Below are positions 51,539 through 63,970 of a stretch of DNA of 64,000 bases, one piece after another. The notes under the pieces are model-generated. The model was given only the letters and a program-made list of their open reading frames with translations, did no database searches and was not told where the DNA came from. Every line of letters starts with the position of its first letter. Position 1 is the stretch's first letter. Position numbers and translations under genes: made by a program. Origin of the DNA: Octopus bimaculoides (Eukaryota); NCBI RefSeq assembly GCF_001194135.2, contig NC_068985.1:116815448-116879447 (forward strand), written 5' to 3'.

Positions 51539-52690
51539 CAGGGTGCGTAAGATATTTGAGGAAGATTTGTGTTTATAAAAAATAAACATATAAAAACAGA
51601 TAACTTTAAAAAAAAAACATCAAAAAATGCTATGACGATAAAAAATAAACCTTCTTTTCTATAATGTTATTCAATAAAGCCAACTTCAGATTCAACAACT
51701 GCTTCTATATGAGATGCTCGAATCAAGTGGTCCTAGTTCATTCTGGACACTACTCTGACTATGGCAGCTTTCAAAGAATTTTTGGAGTTATGGGCGTGTT
51801 CATTGATCTCTCTTTCAACAACGCTCCACATGTAATAGTCCAATGGATTGAGATCTGGGGAATTAGGAGGCAAATGTTATGTGATCATGAAAATTTTGAG
51901 CTATCCATTCCTGTGTTACTAGAGCCATGTGTGATAGTGCAGTGTCTTACTGAAACTCATATGGCTTTCCATTGCATACACTGTCTATCGAGGGCTTAAC
52001 ATTTATTTCCAGGACCTCAATGTAGGCGGCAGATTTAACTCTAAGGCCTTGTAGAAAGAAATAAGGAGGCATCACATGTCTTTCATTGCTGGCAACCTCT
52101 AAAACAATGGCAGTGGCAGGAAATTTCAGAAGGGTCTGCACATAACTGTCATTTATTCTGTTAACTTTTTGATCTTGGTCGAAGTTCTCGTTTGAAGAAA
52201 ACCTAATCAGATCTTCTTCTGCTGCATTTTTCAGCTTGTTTTAGACCTGCTTTAGAGCCTTTTAGATCTGATGTACTTACTTTCTCTTGCTTTTTCTGGC
52301 AAATTGACCTTTCCTCGTCATATATGATTTATTAACTGATGTCCTTGTGGACACTTATGACTGTTTCTTCTGACACAGGGAGATCTTTTGCAATTAACAT
52401 AATGAACTTTCTGGGATTGTAATCAATGGTCTGTTGAACTTGCTGGATAAATTCAGGTGTTCTGGCGATTTCAGAGCGTTTAGAATGTAGTTTATACTTT
52501 GATGCTGGTGATACGTTTCTATCTTCAGTGTCTAGCTCCTTACAAACTTTGTAGACCACAGATCTGGCAACTATTAAAACTCGAGATATTTCTAAATCAC
52601 AATGCTCAACCTTTATAACCACAATAACAGCTTGCCTCTTCATTTCTTGAGTAAATTGAGGCTCTGCAATTATTATTTTCTGAAACAAAG
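51539..52690 (-). mobile_element. DD37D (maT)-type Tc1/mariner transposase pseudogene
   Basis: One end is TA|CAGGGTG. The minus strand gives EMKRQAVIV..RTPEFIQQVQ, KFPATAIVLEVASNERHVMPPYFFLQGLRV, PPNSPDLNPLDYYMW and GFIE* (stop near 51667). The opposite TIR was not recognised. Confidence 0.85.
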
Positions 52691-52837
52691 ATTATACAAT
52701 GTTAGCAAAAAATGCAGCATTGACCCGAAAAGGTATGTCTTCAAACCAAGGTTATTTTATATGTATACTCACTGCTCAATCGTACATGATGAAAATTTAG
52801 CAAATAGGCTCCGGTCTGCTTAATATGGAGTGGACCA

Positions 52838-53011
52838 AAGGCGGCGAGCTGGAAGAATCAATAGAACACCAGGCGAAATGCATTTCGAATTTACCTTTCA
52901 TCCTTTTGGGATCGATAAATTAATTACCAGTTGCGTACTGGGGTCGGTCTACTTGAGTATCCACCCCGTCACTCTCAAAATATTTCGTGCCTTGTGCCTA
53001 GAGTAAAAAAG
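52838..53011 (+). mobile_element. SINE-A (internally deleted) with a 16-bp target-site duplication
   Basis: AATATGGAGTGGACCA (52822-52837) versus AATATGGAGTGCACCA (53012-53027). Confidence 0.9.
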
Positions 53012-53164
53012 AATATGGAGTGCACCATGTAACAAAAATGATTCAGTGAAATAAACTTATAATGAGAAGAAACATATTTACCCTTAATGATAATTCGGAT
53101 GAAGAGAGACAGAGGTAAAAACTCAGTATTAAGAATTGATTCAAGACATTAAAAGGTTTATTTA

Positions 53165-53535
53165 GAAGGCGGCCAGCGATTAGAACCGTTAGTACGGTGG
53201 ATAAAATACTTAGCGGTATTTTGTCGGCCTTTATGTTCTAAATTCAAATTCTACCTAGATCGACTTCGCTTTGTATTCTTGTGGGGTGGGGGTCGATAAA
53301 CTAAATCCCAGTCATATAAACAACTTGATACCAATAACTACTCACCGTGTTCCAAAATTTGAAGTTATTATTATTGTTGCTGCTGTTGTACGAATGTCAC
53401 CACAGTCGATTTTGCCTTTCATTCTATCGGTGTTGATAAATTAAGTTCCACTTAAGTTCTGAGGTCGGTGTAATCAACTTCTTACACCGATCAAAATCTT
53501 TTGGTTCGATGCCAGAATCTGAAACCATTATTAGA
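53165..53535 (+). mobile_element. Two degenerate SINE-A copies in tandem (about 53165-53330 and 53395-53535)
   Basis: GGCGGCCAGC..CTTAGCGGTATTT..TTCAAATTC in the first. GTCGATTTTGCCTTTCATT..GATAAATTAAGT in the second. Confidence 0.7.
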
Positions 53536-54774
53536 GTTGTTTAGATTAGATGTTTTCTTATTCATTTCTTACAAGACCTTAGAACCTTAGAATTAGTGAG
53601 GGAAGAATAACTCTGAAGAAAAATAAAAAAAATATTTGGCAATTTAAAATGGTGCAGGAAAATTTTACCAGAGATATTTACTTCATGGTGAACCAGAATG
53701 AAAGCATTGAGCGCAGCTGAACGGATGCTAGCTTTATGGCATAGCTGACCTGACATTGAACATGTGTTGGCAGTACTTTTTGACACTGAAGATACACGCT
53801 CACACGTTCGCTCAGAATTATATAAACACAGAGAGACAGTGAGATGTTGGGAGGGAATGAGAGACAAGGAGGGTAAGAGAAATATTACATACATAGATGT
53901 TCGAACGCATAAATATAGATAAAGAAAGAGAGATAAATAGAGAGAAAGCGAGAGAGAGGATGAGAGAATAAAAACATGAAAATTACTGGTGTCAAATACG
54001 TCAGTGTCGAATCATCTAGGCCATATAAGCATCGCCAAAACGGCTCTACCAAAGAATTCTCATATCCGTGTAAATTACAGTTCTGCGTCGACTACCACAT
54101 GTAATATTTTAATCAATTAATGTTTTGATCAATTAATAATATAATTGCAGTCGTAATAAACATAGATTTTAGATTTCACGAAAATGCTCGTTTAATTAAA
54201 TGAGGAAAGATAAATACATACTACAAAATGATAAAGAATTATTATTGGAATGTATTTAGGAGCATGTCATGAATTTTTTCCATCATGTTAGCCATCTCGA
54301 ACACGTGACAGTCATAAGCTTTTATCTCTACCATACAATTGTTTAGCATTATTAAGAGGATAATAATTTCGAGTGAAAACCTTAAGATATCTCATTTATA
54401 GTGGTGAAACTTAATAGGGGTATATTCTTAAAGTACAAATAACTAATTCTAAATTTAATTAAGGGGCATTATTTTTCTACATTTTCAAAATGATTTACAT
54501 ATATAAATTCATTAATTGTAGTGCATGTGTTTTTGTGCCCGTTTTCGAAATATTTAAACATTATCACATCTACATTTCTCTCATAAATTTGTATTTTTAG
54601 GAACCGATCGAGAATCGAACGCAAAACGCATTTTATGAATTTAAACTAAATGTAAAGCATGTCAACAAAACATACAAACTTCAATAAATCATCGGACATC
54701 ACACATTCTTGCAAATGCACAAATACACACCTATATGCATATAGGGTGCATATGCATTATATATATATATATAT

Positions 54775-54815
<41 letters not shown>

Positions 54816-56123
54816 NNNNNNNNNNNNNNNNNNNNNNNNNNNNNNNNNNNNNNNNNNNNNNNNNNNNNNNNNNNNNNNNNNNNNNNNNNNNNNNNNNNNN
54901 NNNNNNNNNNNNNNNNNNNNNNNNNNNNNNNNNNNNNNNNNNNNNNNNNNNNNNNNNNNNNNNNNNNNNNNNNNNNNNNNNNNNNNNNNNNNNNNNNNNN
55001 NNNNNNNNNNNNNNNNNNNNNNNNNNNNNNNNNNNNNNNNNNNNNNNNNNNNNNNNNNNNNNNNNNNNNNNNNNNNNNNNNNNNNNNNNNNNNNNNNNNN
55101 NNNNNNNNNNNNNNNNNNNNNNNNNNNNNNNNNNNNNNNNNNNNNNNNNNNNNNNNNNNNNNNNNNNNNNNNNNNNNNNNNNNNNNNNNNNNNNNNNNNN
55201 NNNNNNNNNNNNNNNNNNNNNNNNNNNNNNNNNNNNNNNNNNNNNNNNNNNNNNNNNNNNNNNNNNNNNNNNNNNNNNNNNNNNNNNNNNNNNNNNNNNN
55301 NNNNNNNNNNNNNNNNNNNNNNNNNNNNNNNNNNNNNNNNNNNNNNNNNNNNNNNNNNNNNNNNNNNNNNNNNNNNNNNNNNNNNNNNNNNNNNNNNNNN
55401 NNNNNNNNNNNNNNNNNNNNNNNNNNNNNNNNNNNNNNNNNNNNNNNNNNNNNNNNNNNNNNNNNNNNNNNNATATATATCTTGTTATCGATCCATTTCT
55501 GTATCTATTTATATATCCATTTACCTATTTATCTATCTATTTTATGTCCTTCAGGTATTGACAGTGCAGCTCAGATTCGAATTTACTATTTGTTTTCGTC
55601 ATATTTCCCTTACAAGTGGAAATTGCAAGCAAGACTAAGAAGTGTAATCCAATACGGCCAGGCTGTTTAGAGTGAGATGTTAACGAATTTCTCTTCATGA
55701 ACCATCAGCATGATCCTGCCATTTCAGAGTCTATTAACCTGATGTATTTTGTTGATTCTTATTTCTGCGTAAAAGCGATGTCTACACATTATCAATAGCT
55801 ATGAAAATATCTTGTACAGATATTTGTTACTTAGTAATTTGTTGGTGGGTTCTTCTCTTATTTATAGATTATTTTATTCTTCTTTCTTGTAAATTTATTT
55901 CTTTGTCATAGGGATCTCTTTCTATTTGGCTTTAGATCATTTTTCTCTTTGTATTGTTAGATTTTATTTAATTCTTTTTTAAAATTCTGTTCGAGACTAA
56001 ATATTGCGTTTCTTTGTTGTTTTGGGAATCGAGATGATGATAAAGATCTGAGACACGAGGGAATTCGTCCTCACACACTTGTACAAAAATGCTCGCACGC
56101 ACACACACGCGCGGAAGCGCACG

Positions 56124-56168
<45 letters not shown>

Positions 56169-56615
56169 CATGAATAATAGGAGTGTCTATGATTGAAGTG
56201 GATAGCCATGGAATCCACTATGTCTTGAAATTGAAGATACGTTGCATAACATGACGGCACCGTTACGATTCAGTTAGTCGTTGAAGGCATGCTTTCATAT
56301 ATACATGTATGTATATATACTTATGCAAGCAGACACATTTATATATTTTTATGTAAGTATAGGTGTGTGTGTGGGGGTGTGTGTATGTGCATGCTTTAGT
56401 GTGTATATTTGTATTCCGTCTTGAAATTAAATGTTTATAAGTTCTATGAATAATTTTTTCAAAGGGAATCTGACAGATAAAAAAGCAGGTCGGTTTAATC
56501 GCTAACACAATTAGTCGCGTAAACAAAGAGGTAAGGGTACGAGTCCCACGCATAGAGGAAAACCTACCTTTTTCAGTCGAGGGCTTATATGCCCAATTAT
56601 TAGGCTATTTTTTAA

Positions 56616-56846
56616 ATTTCTTTATTGCCCACAAGGGGCTAACCGTAGTGGGGACAAACAAGGACAGACAAAGGGATTAAGTCGATTACATCGATCCCAG
56701 TGCGTAAATGGTACTTAATTTATCGATCTCGAAAGGATGGAGAGCAATGTCGACCTCGACGGAATTGAACTAAGAACGCAACGGCAGACGGAATACCGGC
56801 AAGCATTTCGCCCAGCGTGCTAACGATTCTGCCAGCTCGCCGCCTT
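56616..56846 (-). mobile_element. SINE-A, full length
   Basis: TTTATTGCCCACAAGGGGCTAA...CTGCCAGCTCGCCGCC, collinear with the 32372 and 61781 copies. Confidence 0.95.
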
Positions 56847-56958
56847 GTTACGCTATTTTCTTTAGTCATTACGTGGTGATCGCTATAAGTTTTAAGCTTA
56901 TAAAATATTATTATTCACACAATTGTAAAGATCGACACTGCTTAACAAAACCATTCGC

Positions 56959-57013
<55 letters not shown>

Positions 57014-57149
57014 TGTGTGTATGTGGGTGTGTGTGTATGTGTGTATCCGTGTGTCCGTGTGTCTGTGTGTGTTTATAACTACTGCTGACTTTGGTATCTA
57101 TACATATAACAATGTAGGCGCAGGCATGATTGTGTGTGCTTACAAACAA

Positions 57150-57510
57150 CGGAGTTCAGGGTTCACCTTGGACAAGTGTTTCTACTATAACCTTTTGCCT
57201 GATCATAACTTTGTTAGTGGATTTGTTTGACGGAAATTGAGAGAAGCTCGTCGCATATATTTATATATACGTGTGTGTGTGACTTTCTGTATGTGTTTGT
57301 ATAAACCACCACCACTTGACAGCCAGTTTTTCGTTTGCTTAAGTCCCGGTAACATATCAGTTTGGCCAAATATATTCCTAGAATATGAACCAAGATTTAC
57401 AAAAGTTACTAAGTTCTAAGGTCGATAAATTCGATTAATTTTTTTTTCAATGTGGTATACGAGCATGGCTGCAGTGTAATGAATGAAACAAATAAAAGTG
57501 TAAAGATAAC
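57150..57510 (+). mobile_element. SINE-B, old degenerate full copy with a short internal (TA)/(TG)
   Basis: CACCTTGGACAAGTGTTTCTACTATA..GACGGAAA, microsatellite, CACTTGACAGCC and AGCATGGCTGCAGT..GAAACAAATAAAAG. Confidence 0.7.
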
Positions 57511-57512
57511 TA

Positions 57513-57933
57513 CCGTAAATCCTCGAGTATAATACGCACTTTTCTCCACAAATTTAAAGGTCAAAATTTCTAGTGCGTGCTATATACGAGGTTAAAAATG
57601 AAAAATATTTTCTAAGCAAAATTTTCTAAGTGATAAATATGTAAAGGCAATTTACTTAGTATTTATTTTTCACTGACATTATTACTGTTATTTCTTTATT
57701 TTCTGCAAAGTGCACAAAAAAGCTACATGTTTGCATTATGTTATATATACAGTAATAATAAAGGACGTTACCGTATCTACGTTTACAAACCGAGGACGAT
57801 ATATAGACCTCTTTGACTCAAGTAAGAGAAGGGGTGCGTATTATACACAAGGTTTAGGTTTTTCAGAGGTACAGCCCCCTCAAAATCCCCTGCGTATTAC
57901 ACTCAAGGGCGGACTATACTCGAGGATTTACTG
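57513..57933. mobile_element. 421-bp Tc1/mariner-superfamily MITE with a TA duplication
   Basis: TA|CCGTAAATCCTCGAGTATA ... TATACTCGAGGATTTACTG|TA (one mismatch in 19). Subterminal TGCGT..TA.AC..AGG motifs are repeated. Confidence 0.92.
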
Positions 57934-59134
57934 TACTTATAAGTTATAGGTTTTACAGAACTTTCGTATACTTTATACAAAGTAGCGCATTGCATTAACT
58001 TTGTATATCTTTCTTATAATGAAATAAGGTTCTCTGTTGAATAAAATATGTTCTTCAAAACCATGTATTTCGTCTCTCTTCATTCTATATTCATTTTTAG
58101 TTAGTGTTTGCATCTCTGCGCATTATGAAAGTTAACAGTAACTTCATTTGCATTTTTCCTTGAAAAGTCTCTTTGAGTTAATTATATTTTATTAAATACA
58201 TGAACCTGCAATGTAGTTGTCTTTGCAATTCCTGTGTGTGAAAGACAGTGACAGAGAGAATGTGTGTGTGTATGCGTGCGGAAATGTGTTGTTTGCGTGT
58301 TTATTGCGTGTTTGTGCGTGTGTACGTGTGCGTGTGTGTGTGTATGCATGTTTGTGTATGAGTGTGTGTATGAGGTTGTGAGTGTAAGTTTGTGCTGTTC
58401 TTTTACTCTGTTCATTAAGAGATCGTTTTCTCTTTGTTATGTGATAGCAACAGTTTAGAGATTCTTTCAGTAGCTGCGCATAAACAACTTCACTTCAAAC
58501 CATTCATATCATTTTAACATGTCATCACAAGTCTGACTATCTGCTTAAGCAGGAAATGTTAGTTGGCCTGGATAACAATGCAGAGCCCATAAACGCCACC
58601 GCAATGATACAGTTATTCTGATAGCGATGCAGCTTTGTTAAACACACACACGCACATGCACACACACACACACATATTGACATATATGGAAAAGTATAAA
58701 TGTGTGTGACTTATATGCATTTATTCATGGCATCGGCAGGGTAATTTTAAAAGAAAGTAGCCCATCTATACTGAAATGCAAATGTATTCATAATACGATC
58801 CTCTACAGAGAACAGTTTCACCTTTCGGATGATGTTAGCTCAAAACACATTCAATTCATCGAGGTAAAGAAACTTCGAGACAACGCAGTGTTTTGATTCC
58901 ACCTGGTTATTACTAACCTTGTGCCAAAATGTGATGCCAAAATTAGGCAAGCAATACTTTGGTGCTGTCCAGAAGGGTTGTTAACATGAAATAACGGTCA
59001 TCATTTATATAAATAATGCTGAAGATCAATGAGCTTTATTGAATATAATTGAAGATTGTTTATACCTTTCGTGTGGTATTCGAGGTACATTAGTTTTACT
59101 CTCTTAAAAATAAGCTGCAATAATATTACACTTC

Positions 59135-59315
59135 GTTTAAGGCAGCGAATCGGTTGAATCGTTAACGCATCGAACGAAATGCTTCGCGGCACTTTTTCTG
59201 ACTTTACGTTTTGAGATAAAATAACTACCACTGAGCACAAGGATCGATGTAATCGACGTACCACCCCAGCTCCGGAAATTGCTGGTCTTGTGCCAACATA
59301 TGAAATCAATATTAC
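59135..59315 (+). mobile_element. SINE-A with an internal deletion
   Basis: GGCAGCGAATCGGTTGAATCGTTA..CGAAATGCTT..GATCGATGTAATCGAC..GGTCTTGTGCCAA. Confidence 0.7.
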
Positions 59316-60129
59316 TGCAGTAGGTGCGCGACACCAGCCAACTAGTTAGGTTAAACGAACTAACGAGCAGCCACACGAATTAACGAGTGCAATCATTACC
59401 AAATCTCTCTCGAGTCATATCTTGATGTCTTCTTCTTACAAGACAGTCTGTAGAATATAGCTCTAGATTTCTTACACGCAGAAGAAGAAGGGATGGTACG
59501 GCTGACCACATTTGTTAATAGGTTTGCAGGTTCGAAGTTGACTTGATACAAAGCGAAAATAAGAATTGAAACAGGTTGCTTGTTACTGTATTCATTCGTC
59601 TATCAAATATCGAAAAGGTGACGAAACTATTTATGGAAGATATAATAATCAATCTTTTCCATCTTAAAGCTGCTACCTCGGGTGTATAAATAAAGAAATA
59701 TAAGAAATAAAGTCTATACTCCTGAGATATAAAACATAATCTTTAATACTCAGCAGATTTGACAGATAATGTTTATAAACTGGAAATGTCAAACCTTTTA
59801 AGTAAAGACTTTTATAAACTGCTGCAGGCAATAACATTAGATAAATATTTTTATTGGATAGTACCACAGATATTTCTATTATTTCGTTATATTATAAAGA
59901 TATTTCATGCTGAAGAAGCTTTTGTTATTTCAGTATCTAGATTTAGAAATAGCTTTAACGGCTCGAAGAAATACAATGGAATATAGCTTACGTTGAATAG
60001 GTTTTCTATAAAGATGTTCTACACTGGGACAGAAAAGTTAGAGAAAGAAGCGTGTAGAAGTTTAAGATATCACACATTTATGTGAGAGGTATGTTCAAAT
60101 ATATTTGTTAACACATAAGAACATGATTA

Positions 60130-60525
60130 AGAACCTCGCTATGCAACCAAGTTTTTTGGAGTTCAGCTCTTTTGCACAGTGCCTTATGCATGTGTTTCCT
60201 ACTTTGGACCCGACCTGACCAATATCTTGCTAAGGAAATTGGAAGACGGAAACTATGAGAAGGCCTGATGTGTGTGTGCTTAAGTATATGTGCGCATGTC
60301 ATTGTCCTATGTTTGACCCTACATGTCACCGCTTGACAACTGGCGTTGGCTTGTTAACGTCGCTGTAATTTATTGGTAAGGCAAAAGAAACCAATAGAAT
60401 AACTACCTAAGTACGAGAATTTTTAAATTTTAAACTACTTGGGTCGACTTGTTCGATTAATCGCATCAAGGTGGGGACCTGAATGGTCGCAGTCCAATCA
60501 CTGAATGAAGTAAGATATAAAATAT
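60130..60525 (+). mobile_element. SINE-B, degenerate full copy
   Basis: GAGTTCAG..TTGGAAGACGGAAACT, (TG)n, ACCGCTTGACAACTGG and GCAAAAGAAACCAATAGAATAA. Confidence 0.7.
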
Positions 60526-60660
60526 GAAAGGCACACATAAATAGGAAAATATATGTTTAACAAAACACTTAAAAATTATAATTAAACAGAAAATAAAAGA
60601 TGGATGAACTTTATAGGTTCAAAATCAATGGTTGTGGACAGGGGTCTACATGTCTTTTTG

Positions 60661-60730
60661 GGGGGTGCATATAAGTGTTTGGGGTGCATATAAGTGCATA
60701 TAAGTGTTTGGGGGTGCATATAAGTGTTTG
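60661..60730. repeat. ~20-bp tandem repeat GGGGTGCATATAAGTGTTT (about 3.5 units)
   Basis: Seen directly. Confidence 0.9.
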
Positions 60731-60996
60731 TGGCTAAAGCTTTTCTGCAATAAATTGGTTATACTTGTACAGTGCACAAAGTATTTTAACTATTTTTTTA
60801 TACAACTCGTAATAATATTTAATTATAAAAAAAATATGATGGGATTTTGGGACCATTGAACGGATATGAAGGTCCCTCCAAGTAAAACAGGAATTAATGG
60901 AGTCCATGGGTAAAACAACATTGTTGAAACACTGTTCTAACTGATGCACGGGTAAAGAATTACTGGCTAGGTCTAGTTAGGATAATTCATTCGGTA

Positions 60997-61610
60997 CCCG
61001 CTTACTATTACCCGAAGGGACCTGTGAGGTTTCATGTAGATACATATTTTCACGTCGTTACCTGCTTACTAATACCCAAAGAGAGCCGCAAAGGTTCATA
61101 TAGAGACATATTTATTATGTAGCAATCCACTTACTATTACCCGAAGGGAGCCGTAACGGTTCATGTAGATACATATTTTTTACGTAGCTACCCGCTTATT
61201 ATTACTCAAAGGGAGTCATAAGGGTTCGAGTAGATTCAAATTTTTTTACATCGCCACACGTTTACTATTACCCGAAGGGAGCTGTAAGAGTTCATACAGA
61301 TACATATTTGTTGTATCGCTACCCGCTTACTAATACCCGAAGGGAGCCGTGAATGTTCATGTAGGTAACATATTTTTCATGTCGCTACCCGCTTACTAAT
61401 ACCCGAAGAGAGCCGTAAATGTTCATGCAGATACATATTTTTCACTTCACTAGCCGCATACTATTACTCGAAGGGAGACGTAGGAGTGCATGTAGATTCA
61501 TATTTTTTATGTACCTACCCGCTTACTATCTCCCGGAGGGAATCGAAGGGGTCAAACAGACACCTATTTTCCTCGTCGCCACCCGCTTGTTACCGCAAAG
61601 GGGTTGCTAG
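60997..61610. repeat. ~65-bp minisatellite, 9 full units plus a partial unit
   Basis: Consensus CCCGCTTACTATTACCCGAAGGGAGCCGTAAGGGTTCATGTAGATACATATTTTTTACGTCGCTA. Units start near 60997, 61061, 61126, 61191, 61257, 61321, 61387, 61453, 61517 and 61581. Confidence 0.95.
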
Positions 61611-61780
61611 GATCGGTGTAAGAAACGTCATTAGGATATATATTTTACAATCTATTATAATATATTTCTGTTATATTTGCTAGTAAACTATCGTTCGAGG
61701 ATCTCTTTTATTCTAATCTCCGATGCACCTCAGTACTCAATATAATTACCTTAACACACCTTGCCAAGAGATATATGTTT

Positions 61781-62037
61781 CTTTTTTTTTCTTTTTTCCT
61801 TTTTCTTTTTTCTTTATTGCCCACAAGGGGCTAAACATAGAGGGGACAAACAAAGACAGACAAAGGGATTAAGTCGATTACATCGAGCCCAGTGCGTAAC
61901 TGGTACTTAATTTATCGACCTCGAAAGGATGAAAGGCAAAGTCGACCTCGGCAGAATTTGAACTCAGAACGTAACGGCAGACGAAATACCGCTAAGCATT
62001 TTGCCCGGCGTGCTAACGATTCTGCCAGCTCGGCGCC
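61781..62037 (-). mobile_element. SINE-A, full length and young-looking, with a target-site duplication
   Basis: Intact A- and B-box-like motifs and an A-rich tail. Flanks are AGATATATGTTTCT (61769) and AGATATATGATTCT (62038). Confidence 0.95.
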
Positions 62038-62109
62038 AGATATATGATTCTGTCCATTTCGATCTTCGAAGAATAGGAAATCTCAAGTCAGTATTCTCTT
62101 AATCTTCTT

Positions 62110-62565
62110 CAATGTTGCTTTCAAATTTTGGCACAAGGCCNNNNNNNNNNAATACTAAACTGGTACTTATTTTATCGACCGCGAAAGGATGAAATGGAAA
62201 GTGGACCTCGGTGGAATTTGCCTTTCATCTTTTTCGGATCGATAATTTATGTACCAGTGAAACACTGGAGTCGATGTAAGTGAGTAGCACCTTTTCCCAA
62301 AAATTTCGGGCCTTGTGCCTAAGGCAGAAAGGATTATTACTATGAAAAAACGGTAATGTACTGGCAGAAGCGTTAGCACACCGGACAAAATATTTAGCGA
62401 CATTTGATCCATTTTTACGTCCTGAGTTCAAATTCCGTAGAGGTTAAGTTTGCCTTACGTAATTTCAGGTAAAATATGTAGCAATCAAGTATTGGGATCG
62501 ATGTAATTGATTTACCCACTGCCCTCAAAGGCTGCTGGCCTGGTGACAAAATTTGAAACCGTTAC
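62110..62565. mobile_element. Cluster of SINE-A copies in both orientations
   Basis: A minus-strand body at 62151-62220 joins directly to a plus-strand body at about 62217-62340, followed by another plus copy at about 62360-62565. Confidence 0.8.
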
Positions 62566-63834
62566 TTCTCTGAAAAACTATAGCCCCATTGCTGTTCGAA
62601 GGAGGGCGCAACACCTCGGTAGTTTTTCTTTACTGTTGGTCTCCATTTTTTCTGTTTTACTCTTCTGTGATTCATTCGAATTTTTAGGAATTTTACGTAG
62701 CAAGTATCATATTCATCTCTTCACATAAATGTTGTGCGTGGTCCTGAGATGCTACTGTTCATGATGGTACAACTCATGTTTTATCCCTTATTCACTGCTC
62801 AAAGTAACTGTGGCTACAGGAATATCTTCGTTTCCTGATTATCCTCAGGAACTGAGGACGAGTTAATCGTCCCTGCTAGTTTCGCGGCGTTGATCACATT
62901 GCTGTTGATGTAGTCCTTGTCTTTTCTTTTTTTACTTGTTTTCTCAACTTCTTGGGAAAACACCCTATTAACAGTTTTTGCCGAGCCCTTGTGCATTTGT
63001 CGGTTCATCTCTCTGGTTATATTTCTCGGCCCACGATTGGGAAGTGTTCTCAAATTGTACTCTGGTTTTCTGAAGTCATAACGATTTTCAATTCCATGCA
63101 GTCTCATCCCGACTGTACATTGTTCCTTCTCACTTTGGATTTCACAATCTACCAATATTGCATCAGAAAAGCGACGATATACCAGGGACCCCGAATAGGA
63201 GGCAAATAATTGCATAGGCTTGACTTCATTTTTTCAATTCCCTTTTGGGTGAGCACACAAAAGGCGAGCCATTTCCATAAGGGCATAAGTAGGTTAGCTT
63301 TCGCCCTGCTCATTTTTGGAGGAACATCTGGGAGCAAAAAACAAAGGATTTTTGTAATATATTTTCTACAAATTGGTCTTTGAAGTGTTATTTGCGAAAA
63401 TTATGCGTGATTTGTTGCTGTTGGTATTGTTGTATTGTTGGTGTTGCAAATTTTCAAGTACACACTAAGTAAATCATCATCTTAATTAAATCTTTATATT
63501 CCCATTAATAATTCCTTTTCATTTATTAATTAGGCATATGCATTTTATTCATTAATTAGTCATATGTACCTTGCGCGTTCGCCTACTGTCATTTAATTTG
63601 TATGGTATGCCAGAAAATAGAATAAAACCAAGTCGAAGCAAAAAGTCCAAAACAAAATATGTTTTACCCTGAAGGATTAAAAAGGAAATACTATGCACCA
63701 TTCTTAGCAAATATTACAAAATCACATTAAACTGAAGGATTTAACGATTTATAAACCACGTTTAAAAACCAAAACTTCAGAGTCGAAAGAAAAACATTGT
63801 GTTGAATGGAAGCAAATGATAAAAATAATAATCT

Positions 63835-63970
63835 TTTTCAACAATAAGCACAAGGCATCAAATGTTGCACTGACTCCAGTATTTAACAGGTACTTATTCT
63901 ATTGGTCCCGTAAAGATGAAAGCAAGGTCAACCTTAGCCAAATTTGAACTCAGAATGTAAAGACGATAAA
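63835..63970 (-). mobile_element. SINE-A, degenerate
   Basis: AAGCACAAGGC..GGTACTTATTCTAT..GATGAAAG..ATTTGAACTCAGAATGTAA. Confidence 0.7.

Noticed and set aside
55530-55670. Possible splice acceptor (TTTTATGTCCTTCAG) followed by a short open frame
   Set aside because: The peptides are unrecognisable, all frames stop within about 40 codons, and there are no partner exons. RNA-seq would be needed.
60997-61610. CRISPR-like appearance of the regular array
   Set aside because: The whole 65-bp unit is homologous between copies, there are no unique spacers or cas genes, and the context is eukaryotic.
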